Position numbers and translations under genes: made by a program
Shown here: one piece after another, positions 1 through 10,700 of the stretch
How the letters are laid out: the number at the start of each line of letters is the position of its first letter
Numbering within the stretch: position 1 is the stretch's first letter
Assembly: GCF_048593235.1 (NCBI RefSeq)
Contig: NC_133621.1
Span: forward strand, 299,407,146-299,471,145
Length of the DNA stretch: 64,000 bases
Direction: 5' to 3'
DNA from: Sminthopsis crassicaudata
Lineage: Eukaryota
The notes under the pieces: generated by a model
Told to the model about the DNA's origin: nothing
What the model saw: the letters and a program-made list of their open reading frames with translations, nothing else
The model's database searches: none

Positions 1-559
1 CTTATTTTACAGATGGGGAAACTGACTTTCAGAAGGGGAAAGAGACTTGTCCAAGATGACGCAGGTAAGGGTCTGGAGCCGGCGGAGATCTCAGAGGCAG
101 GCGGTCTTCATGGTGCAGATAGGGAAACTGAGGCTTGTAGTAAACAGCCAGCTGGCCCTGGCTCTCACTGGTGCAGAAGCTCCCATTTCCGGTGGGTTCT
201 AAGCCCCCCAGCCGGGGGCCTTTCTCTAGGGGCAGGTATGGGATAGGGCTGAACTGCAGAGGATGTTCCTGAAGCCAGGAGAATCTCCGGAGCTTGACTC
301 CCGGGTCTCGGGATTGCTCGGGGTCGGGGAGCAGGGCAGGACATGCGGCGGGTTCGGTCCCTGGGCCTGGCTCACCTGGCTGGGTCTAACGGGCTTGGGG
401 GAGGGGTATTGGGGGAGGGGCATTCCGGGGAGGGGTATCCCGGGGAGGGGCTCCTTCTGGGAAGGGGCTCTGGCCCAGAGTGAGCCGGGCTGCCGGCGCG
501 GGGAGGCGGTCTGGGCTGTGGGAGCCCGGGAGATGTCTATCTGCAGTAGCCCCGGGGGA

Positions 560-1700
560 TCCCCTGAGCACGTGCGCTGGGGGCTTCTGGGGCCGCCCTA
601 GAACGCCGCGGGGGGGGGGATGCCGGAGGGGGAATCCCTTTGGGCGTACGGGGGTCCGGAGGGTGGGAGGAGGGAGGAAGGGAGGCGGGGGGCGGGCGCC
701 TCCTCCCCCCACATCCCGGACCGCCCTGGCCCGTCTAAGGAGCCGAGCGGGGCAGGGCGAGTGAGTAAGCGCCGGGCGGGCGGGCCGGGCGGGGCGGGGC
801 GGGGCGGGGCAGGCTGGACAGGTCTGAGCAGGGCCGGGGGGAGGGGCGGGAGGAGGAGGGAGGGGAGGAGCAGCCCGAGCCCAGCCCGCAGCGCAGCCGC
901 CGGAGCCGGGGTCCCGCGGGGCGCAGCCGGAGGACGAGCAGGGGCGGCGGCGGCGGCGGGGGGACCATGGCGGGGCCCCGGGGCGCGCTGCTGGCCTGGT
1001 GCCGCAGCCAGTGCCGGGGCTACCCCGGTGTGGAGATCCGGGACCTGAGCGGCTCCTTCCGGGACGGCCTGGCCTTCTGCGCCCTCCTGCACAGCCACCG
1101 GCCCGAGCTGCTGTGAGTGCCAGGGGGAGGGGGAGGGGCAGGGAGGAGGGAGGGGCAGCGGAGGGAGGAGGGGGATCGGGGTGGGAGATGGGCGCTGCGG
1201 ACCCGCGGGGACGGGAGGGGGAGGGGCGCCGACCCCGAGACCCCGCCAGCCCGACACAGGAAGTGGGGGAGCCCGGAGCAGAGATCTGTCAGAGAGTCTG
1301 GGGCGGGTCCGAGCTCCCGGCCCGAGGGGCCCCGCCCCGCCTGGGACGGCTCTGACCGCGAGCGGGGCTCCCCCGGCCGGGGGTCTTTCCCCGGCCTCTG
1401 GGCTGCGGGGCCCTGAGCTGTGTGAGCGGGGCTGCAAGTTTGTGTTGGAGCGTGGGGGTGAGTGTGAGTGTGCCTGTAGTCAGTGCGAGTGGGCAGCGCC
1501 AGCCAGGAGTGTGGCCCGGGGAGCGGGAGGGAGGGGGAGCCTCCGAGCCCCCAGCCCCGCTCCGCCTCAGGCGCTCCTCCCCCCCCCCCTGCCCAGAGGT
1601 CACCGCTCAGGCCGGCTCGCGGGCAGATCCCTGGCCGGCTCCCAGATCCCCAGCCCTGGGGGGCTTCAGAGACTGCCCCCCCATCTGCAGATGAGAACCT
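560..1700. promoter_or_regulatory. MICALL1 CpG-island promoter with tandem GC boxes
   Basis: High CpG density by inspection; (GGGGC)n run at 787-810 giving four overlapping Sp/KLF boxes upstream of the ATG. Confidence 0.8.
967..1112 (+). CDS. MICALL1: MICALL1 exon 1 (CH domain start)
   Basis: accATGG Kozak; [49 protein letters not shown]; donor ct|gtgagt. Confidence 0.96.
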
Positions 1701-4700
1701 GGGCCCGGCTCCAGGGGGGCCTCTTGTGGGCTTCTGAAAATCTGCCCTTTTCTGCCTTTCTTGTCTCTTGTTAACTGCTTCCGCAGTCTCCGGTTTGGCC
1801 CCAGGCTGCTCTTGGCCCCGGGAGTTTCAGACTTGGAGTGGGGGGGGGCAGCGTGTTTCAGAGGGGGAAACTGAGGCTGAGGAGCCACAATGGCCGGTGG
1901 GAGCCAGCGGCACCTCCCCGGCCTCCAAGGCCCTCCCAGTCCTGTTGCCTGGGGGGCGAGTTCCCCTCCCCTGCCCCGGCCTGGGCGAGGCGGCCCCGGG
2001 CCCCTTCCCGCACCAAGCCCCGGCCTGTGCCCGCAGTCCCTCGGGCGCCCTGGGTCAGGCCCCGGGGCTCCCACCACGTTCTGGGGCCCAGGAAAAAGGT
2101 TCTTGGGGCAGAGATGGGGGTCAGGGCCCCGGGCCGACCACTGGCCTGCTGCTTCCCCCCCTGGGGAATAAAACCCCACCGGTGTCCCGGCCGCTCTGAT
2201 CCTGAGATCCTGGCAGAGTCGGCCCCTCTGGCCCACCTGGTCCTCGGCCGTCCTCACTCTCCGGGGCAAAGGCAAGGAGAAAGGCCCAGAATTCTGGAGG
2301 GGGGGAAGCCTCTGTTCCCCCAGTGAGAGGGGTGACCCTGGGGGCCTTTCCTGGGGCCCGGGAAGCCTCAGAGCTGGGGCACCCCCCGCACGGGTACGCC
2401 AACGGGGATGATCTCTGAGGGTCTTCTGTCCCGACAGTTCGGGATTCTCTCTCCCTTCTGCCCTAGTCTCCGGTGTGCGTTTTACAACATCTGCTTAAAG
2501 GTGCTCAGCCAGGCTGTGAGGGCAGAGGGCAGAGGGCACAGATAGCCACACCTCCTCTCCCTCCCTGCCCATTCTCACCCGTTCAGAACAGAGAGGCTCC
2601 TCCTTCCCGCAGGGATTGGAAGCTGGCTTTGCTAGGGCACGAGGGAGACTTGGGAGGCCTGGACGACCCCCACTGGGGTTGGCCATTTCTTTCTCTAGCT
2701 GATTAAGGAAACAGGCTCAGCAGTGACTTGCTCAGACTCACACAGCTATGAAGTGTCTGAGGCTGGATTTGAACTCACAGACAGGAGTCTCCTTGAGCCC
2801 AGTGAAGGGAGCTCCCATACTGGGATGAGTTCCCCAATACTGATGAAGCTACGGACAAGCCCTCCTCTCCTTGGAAAGCAAAACAAAAAGCCAAGCCCAA
2901 TTTAGGAAAGGAAGCCAGCCTCCCTGGCGATGGATGGGGCTGCCCTGGGGCTTGGCTCCGTGCCCATCTCTGGGCAGCCTGGTCAACCTCGCAGGCCCCC
3001 TTACAAGGGCATTGCCTCCTGGCGGGGGGAAGGGCTGCCTCGGCTGGTTTCAGCCGCCCGGGATCCAGAGAAAAGGGGGAGCTGGGCTGCGGGCAGGGAG
3101 AGGAACTCCAGGTGAGCGAGGCCCTGGGTCACAGCTGGAAAAACAGGCTCGGAGGAGGTGTGCAGGCCCCTCCCAGGGCTGGCAGAAGCATTCTCCGAAT
3201 GCCAGCTCCGTTAACGTGGAAGGGCTCGAGGGGGGTCTCCCAGACCCTCCTGGATGTGTGGGGAAACTGAGACTCACTGAGCAGGCCCAAAGCCACAGGA
3301 TGCGGCAGGAGCTGGGGGTGCGGGCTTCGGTGCAGGGGGGCTGAGGGGTGGGAAGCCACATTAGGGCCTCAGTATCTTTAGCTGTAAAATGTGCTTGGAA
3401 AAGATTGTTTCTAAGGCCCCTCCCTCCTTCCTGGCCCTTGTATAAAATATTCTAAGCCCTGTAGTGAAGTGTATAAGGAACTAGACTTGGACTTCCGAAG
3501 ACCGGGGCTCTGGTCTCACCTCAGACACTGTGTGACCTCTGTGGCCCTCAGTTTCCTTCATTTATACAATGAGACTTTAAGGGTTCCCCTGCCCCGATCT
3601 GGATCTGAGATCCTAGGTTCTAAGTGGGCCCCTGCAGGGTTGGGGTTCCCAGGCCCTCGAGGGCTGGGCCGGCCGCTGTCTGGGATCTCGGGCTCAGGAG
3701 TGTCCTCCTGGAGGCTCGCTCTGGCCCCTTTGCCCGCCACGGAGCCGGTGCCAGGAGAGTACTTCACCACCCTTTGTGTGAGCTCTTGGTCATATTTATG
3801 GTTTAGCGGCCAGGAGGGCGGCCAGGAGCCCCAGACTGAGCCAGCCACAGCCCAGCCAACCCTGGCTGGGAGCCAGGAGCCCTCAGTGCCGATGCAGGGC
3901 ACAGTCAGGACTGGGCCTGCCTCTGTGGTTGGGCCCGCCCTCGCGCCCCCCCTCCACGTGGTCCTGCTCATGCCTGATGGGGCTCTTATCATGCGGGGGG
4001 CCCTTGCCCACAGGCCCGGGTGCCCAGGAGTCGTGTAGCCCTCTGCCCGCCAGTCTGCGGAGACAGGAGGAGACACACAAGTCAGAGAATGCCAGATGGA
4101 GGGGCCCCGCATTCAAGGGCAGCCCACTTTGGGGCGGCCAGGCTGGCGGCCTGGCTCCGCTGGGGGACCCCCCTGAGCCCCAGTTCCTTAGAGCATATGG
4201 TGCTTCCGGCCCCTTCTCCCTCCCTTCCCTGCAGAACCGAGCCAGGTAACCCGTCTAAGGCCACTTTTTTTTTGGAGGTAGTTTTAAAAATAGATGGAAG
4301 AGCCTGCTTCTTGTGCTTTCCATCTCTGAAGCATTCCAGGCCTCAGTTTCTCCCTCTGTAAAAATGGCTCCAAGTCCTATGAGAATCCCTTCCTCAGAGC
4401 ATGGCTCAGCTGCCACTTCTTCCTTGAAGCCTTCCTGGATTACTCCTCCCATCCCCCAGTTAAAAGTGACCCTCCTCCAGATTTCCTAGAGAGCTGAGTC
4501 CAGAGCTTTGGACCTAGTGTCCTGGCAGGAATCTCCACAGGCTGCCAAATCCAACCCCCCTCACTTTACAGAGGGGGAAACTGAGGCACAGAGAGGTTGG
4601 TCCTGTAAGCAGAACCATACCTAGGCGCTTAGGGAACCAAAGTGGAAGAGAAGAAGCATTTATTACGTATCCACTATGTGCTAGACCCTTTACAGGGATC

Positions 4701-7700
4701 CTGGGGGATAAGTGCCTATTGATCTCCATTTTACAGTTGGAGAAATTGAGGCAGACAGAGGTTAAGGGACGTAAGCTGTCTAGTCTTTCTCACTGGGCCC
4801 AGCCCTCTCTCCTGGGATCATAGATCAACTTAGAGCTGGAAATGGCCTCTCAGGCTCCTTAGATGGAGACACCGAGGCCTAGGAAGGGGAGACAGTGGAG
4901 TTCGGCTTGTCGGAGTCTGGCTTGTCTCCGGTCAGGGGCCCGGGCCTCCGTCATCCCAGGGTCTCCCAGGCCCAGGCAGTGCCTTGTACACCCTAGGTGC
5001 CTAATCTGTGTCTCCCCTGGTAGTAAAGAGCCACAGCCCTTCCTCAACTGCAGGAGGGAGTGCTACATGGGGGAAGGGGATGGGCTCGGGCCCCCAGCGG
5101 GGTGCTGGGCAGAGGGCCAGCCAGGACTCTAGGGTCCTGGTCCTGCTCTGCTGCTGGCTCAGGCCAGACACCGGCTCCCCACTCTGCAGCTCCTTCCCCG
5201 CCATCATGTGTGTCTGAAACACTAGAGTGATTTCTCATGTTCCTGGAGCTCTGACACCCCCTGTTCTCAGGCTCTTCTCACCTCTGCTCTTCCTCATTCT
5301 AGAACCCCTCTGACATCCCCTGTTCTAGGCCCCCTCCCAGTTCTGACATCCCCTGTTCTGAGCTCTTCTCCAGTCTAATCCTTGTCCTTAGGAGCCAGCT
5401 AACCTGAGTTCTGTGTGTTTAACCCAGGGTCCTTCCCCTAGGCTTTGAACAAAGGGGAGGGGCAGGGTCAGTGAGCGCCAGGCACTCCCGCTGCGGTTGG
5501 CAGGGGCCTGCCTCCCCCTCCCCACGGCCCTTTGAGCCCCGTCCGTCCCGTCCCTTACTCTCTTGTCTTTGTCTGTTCCAGAGATTTCGACTCGCTCTCC
5601 AAGGACAATGTTTATGAAAATAACCGCCTGGTGAGTCCAGACAGATGGGCCTAGAACAAAAGTGGGAACAGAAGGCGGGTGCCCGGGGAGGGGCTGGGCT
5701 CTGGTAAGCCGGGCCGTTGCCCAGGTAGGGCAGACAGGGCGGCCCGTGGCCCAGCCCGGCTCCGGACACCAGGGGAGAACCGCCAGCCGCTGGGGGGCCT
5801 GGTGCCCATCCCACTTGCCCAGCTTGCCTCCCCTCCCCCCTGCTCTTCCTTTCTCCCCACCCCCCTTGGCCCCGTGCTGCCTGGTGTCCAGGAAACCAAG
5901 CCGTCCCGTCCCTCCTGGAAGCCATCTTCCCCATCCTCTCTGAGACCTGGCAGGAATCACCCCTCGGGGGAGTGCTCACTCTCCCCTCCAGCCTGGTCCC
6001 CGTCCCAGGAGCCTCGTGCTGCCTGTCTCTGTGCCCAGAGCCCCTGTTTCATGCCTTCTCTCTGTGCCCAGGACGCCCATTTCATGCCGTCTCCCATCTC
6101 CCCCCAGGCCTTTGAGGTGGCGGAGCGTGAGCTGGGCATCCCGGCCCTGCTGGACCCCAACGACATGGTCTCCATGAGCGTGCCCGACTGCCTGAGCATC
6201 ATGACCTACGTGTCTCAGTATTATAACCATTTCACCAACCCCAGCCAAGGTGAGCCCCACGCCTCCCGCCCTCCCAGGTGGGGCCTGCCGGCAGAGGGGT
6301 CCTGTCCTGCCTCTGATCCTCCCACCCTCTGGAATATCAGGCCCAGAGGGGAGGTCCTGCAGAGGAGCTGAGCCGGAAGGGTGGGGGCTGATCTGTCAGT
6401 AGGTACTTAGTGAGTAACTACTATGTGCCAGGCACTGTGCTGATCTCTGAGGGGAGGGGGAAGGAAGGGCACAAAAGGAGCTGAGGCTGTCAGAAGCGTT
6501 GATACTTTGCTGAGTTGGGAGCAGCCACCATCAGGGTCATTGTGTCCAGCCCCCTGTCCAAAGCCTAAGTTCCCTCCCCTCATGCAAACAAATAATCCAT
6601 CGCTTGAGCCTCTTTGTTGTTGGGGGGCTTTGTCCCCTTTCTCCACTTCTCAAAGTACCACAAAAAGGGAGAGGAGGGGGGCATCCTGACCCCTAGAACT
6701 TGGAGCCTCTGAGAGGAAGGGTGCATCCTGATCCCCAGAGCTTGGGGCCCCTGAGAGGAGGGGGCTCATCCTCACCCCCAGCCCTTGGGGCTGGGCCCTG
6801 CCGTGAGCAGGAGTCTGAGATCTCTGCCAGCCACCGGTGCCCTCTCTCTGTCTTTCTGCAGCCGGCGTCTCTCCACCCAGGAAGTTCCCAGCTTCTCCTT
6901 CCTCTTCCTCATCCGTGGCAGCTCCCCTCGCTGATGCTGACGGTGGCGGGATCCAGGTGGGCCCCCCCGGGTGAGGGGTGGCTTTCTTGGGGCCGTCGGG
7001 GTCAGAGGGAAGGAGCGAGTCTCACGGGGGCTCCCTGGGAGTGGCGTGAGGTCAGGAGACCCCCAGGTGAAGGCTGGGCCGGGAGCTCAGGCCGTGACAT
7101 CCGCGTCTTCTGGGCCGTGAGCAGGCCGAGTACGGGGGCCGTGGCTTGGTGGCGGGCTCTCCCGTGACCAGGCCTGACCTTCCCTGTGCGGACCAGCTGG
7201 CCGAGCCCTCCTCGGGCCGTGGTTTTAGAGCCCACTGAAATGCAGTGAAAGGTTCCAGCGGGTTCCAAGTTCAGAACCCCGGGGGGCCCCGGTTTGCTCC
7301 TGTCTCCTTGGAGGCTCCGAGTCCCCATCCAGGAGCCAGGCCTGGTTGTGGTGGTGGCCCCCGAGAGCCGGGTCTGGGAGCCGCTCTGACCCCCGGCCCG
7401 GGGCTGGCTCTGCTTCCAGGAGGAACAGGCGGCGGCCCCCGAAAGCCTGGCGGAGGCGGGCTCCCGCGGCATCCCCAGCAGCACCTGCGCGTCCTGCCGG
7501 CAGCATGTCCACCTGGTGCAGCGGTACCTGGTGGAGGGCAAGCTGTACCACCGCCAGTGCTTCAGGTGAGTCGGGCCTGTGGCCCCCGGTGCTCTGGGCG
7601 GGCCTGGGCGGGAGGGGTGGAGGCTCCCAGCTGCGGTCAGGGCTGAGCTGGCTCTGAGCCCTCTCCTCCTGGCCCTGCTGGGCGGGTCGGCCCCTCCCCT

Positions 7701-10700
7701 GGGCCTCAGTTTCCCCAGGTGTAAGGTGGAGGGTTAGGCTGCCCTCTGGGTGGGGGCCCTGCTCAGTGAGGGGCTCCCCCCCCCCCCCCCCGCTGCTCGG
7801 GACCCCCACCCGCTCACCGCCGTCTCCCCCCCAGGTGTAAGGAGTGCTCCAGCACGCTGCTCCCCGGGGCCTACAAGAACGGGCCGGAGGCGGGCACCTT
7901 TGTGTGCACCCAGCACTGGGGCAAGCTGGGCCCCCTGGGGGGCGCCGAGGGCAGGCCCCGAGCGGCCCTGCTGCCCCCGGACGGTTCAGGCCCGGTGGAG
8001 GACGGGGAGGAGGCTGCCGGATCCAGGAGGCGCCAGGGGGAGCCCCAGCCCGGCTCAGAGCCCCCGCCTCAGACTCTGTCCAAGCCCCCCCTTCCCAGCA
8101 AGCCTCAGGAGCTGGGCTCCCCGCCGGCCGCCCGGCCGACCCCCGCGCCCAGGAAGGTCTCGGATTCGGCGGCCAGCCCCCAGCCCGTCCCCCGGCCGCG
8201 CTCCAGCGTGCAGGGGGAGAGCCCCGGGGAGCAGGGCGGCTGCCTGGTGAACGGTGAGTGGTGCCGGGGGCGCCCAGGACCTCACAGAGGGTCCGGCCCC
8301 GGGGGGAAGCGGCCAGGGGAGGGACCGGTCAGGAGGGGCCTGGGCTGTGGGGGCGCGTCCTCCCACCCGGGCTCCCCCAGGCCCTGGCGGCCCTGCACTG
8401 TAGCAGGCTTTGGCGCCCCCTGGTGGACTCAGCACAGTCTGTTCCATGGGGGCGTCCGGGGTGGGCCCAGGAGCCTCTGAAGCCTCCCCCTCCCCCCCAG
8501 GGCCCCGGGAACTCCATGACTGAGGGAGCTGGAGGGTGGGCCCAGTGGTCCAGTGCCCCCATTTTGCAGAGGAGGAAACCGAGGCCGCCAGGGAGAAGTG
8601 ACTCCCCCGGGGCCGGCCAGCCGGTGAGGCCCCATGGGAGCTGCCGGGCGCCGGGGCGAACCTCCCCGGCCACCAACGAGGCCGTCCCCCTCTCTCTCCA
8701 TCCAGGCCGGCTGCACGACTCCAGCCCCCCGGTCCCCAAGCCCCGAGGGCCGCCCAGGGCCTCCGACCGGTAAGTTCTCTCCCCTGGCCAGGGCTGGGAG
8801 GGACTTGGGGTCCCGCCGAGTCCGTGGTTCCTTCTGGACTGAGTGAAGCGGGCGGCGGGGCGAGGCCAGCTCCCAGATCCCACGGGGCGCACCCCCAGCG
8901 GACGCAGGCTCCCCGAGGGAGGGCGACATCCCTCTGCGTCTCGGTGCCGAATGCCGCACACAGCAGGTGTTTAACGCGTGCTGTTTGACCGGCGGATTGA
9001 TTTTTGCTTCCCCCAGAGCTCCAGCGCCCAAGAAGAAGGACCCCCCGTGGATCGCCCTGGTTCAGGCAGAGCCCAAGAAGAAGCCGGCCCCGCTGCCGCC
9101 CGGCAGCCGCCCGGAGACGCCCTCGCGGGCCGCGGAGGGGGGGGAGAGCCCAGGAGAGAGCGCCGCTGGGGAGCAGGAGGGCCGGCCGGCCGCTCGGGGC
9201 GAGCCCAGGCCCTACAACCCCTTTGAGGAGGAGGAGGAGGAGGAGGCAGCCCCGGGCCCCCCGGACCCTGCGGAGCAGGCCCCCAAAACTTTGCATCCCT
9301 GGTACGGCATCACCCCCAACAGCAGCCCCCGGACCAAGAAGCGGCCGGCCCCGCGAGCCCCCAGCGCCTCCCCCCTCGGTGAGCCCCGCCCCCGCTCTCC
9401 TCCCTCCCCTGTGGCCCTGGCTGGCGGCCTAGCCTCAGAGGGGACAGGCCCGGCCCGGCAGCTGCTCCCCTTCAGCCTCTGCTCCTCCGCCCCGTGGCAG
9501 TGGGTGCGGCCAGTCTGGGCTCCGCCCCGTGGCAGCGGGTGTGGCCAGTCTGGGCTCTGCCCCGTGGCAGCGGGTGTGTCCACTATGGACTCCGCCCCTG
9601 GACCACACCCAATCCGGGCTCCGCCCCCATGGCACCCTCTCCCCCCATGAGCGATCTCGGGCCTGCGTCCTGCCGGGCAGACTGGGCTCACTGGAGGGCC
9701 CAGGACTGGCCAGGCAGCCAGGCGGGCGGCTTCCGCAGGTTCTGGGCATTGCTGCCACGGACCCGGACTTGCTGCCCGCTTCATGGCCCCCTCCTTGTCG
9801 CACAGCCCTGCACCCTCCCGGCCCCCCCACGCCTCGCCTCTCGCACTCAGAGCCGCCTTCTTCCACCCCGTCTCCGGCCCTCAGCGTGGAGAGCCTCTCG
9901 TCGGAGGGCTCCGTCCCAGCCCCTGGGGAGCCCGAGCCCCCCGCCGTGCCCAAGAGCTCCTCCGAGCCCAGCGTCCACGCCCCCGCCCCGGCCAGCCTCT
10001 CGGCCTCCTCCTCTGAAGAGCTGGCCCCTCCGCGCCAGGACCAGGCCTCCGCCAGCCCCTCCCCCAGCCGTGCCAAAGGGCCCCTGAGCCCCCTGCCCGC
10101 CAAGCCCTGCGTCGGGGCCACCCCCACCCCGTTCTTGCTGGTGGGAGAGAGCAGCCCTCCGTCCCCGCAGCTGCAGGTGAAGGTGAGTGCGGCCCTGGCC
10201 TTCCCCTCTCCCCCTCCCCCCTCCCCATGGCCGGTACCCACAGTGATGCCCCGAGGGAGCATGAGGGAATACCTAGGGTGGGCAGCCGGGGAGTGCGCCC
10301 AGGCACTACTGGCACACGCTCCTGTGCCCCCACACTGTGACGAGTTCCCTGGGCAGCTGCTGCCCCGGTCCCCAGTGCTGGGTCTGGGAGATGCTGCCCC
10401 TCCCCTGGGGGGGAGATCTTTGGGGAGGGAGTGCTCCTTCCCATGGGCCGGACTCATTGCTCCGGAGGCACTCCGAGGTCATAAGCCCAAGCCCTTCCTC
10501 CTACAGGGTCGCCCTGGCGGCAGTGAGGGAGCCCCAGGTGGAGAGCCTCCCGGAGACGGCCTTCCCCTGAGAGGGGGATGTCCCCGAGAGGGCGGGGGGC
10601 TGGGCGTGGGCTGTGTGGAGGGGGAGCACATCAGGGGAGGAAGAAGACATCAGCACCCAGAGGTGCTAGGGAGTCACTGCAGCTTACTGAGTGAGGGAGT

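Noticed and set aside
8055-9296. 413-aa minus-strand ORF and many other 150-370 aa Pro/Gly/Arg-rich ORFs
   Set aside because: Antisense or off-frame shadows of very GC-rich, stop-poor sequence with no recognisable domain.
10177-10188. Alternative upstream donor cag|gtgaag at MICALL1 exon 9
   Set aside because: Weaker than the adjacent aag|gtgagt, and the known protein retains QVK.
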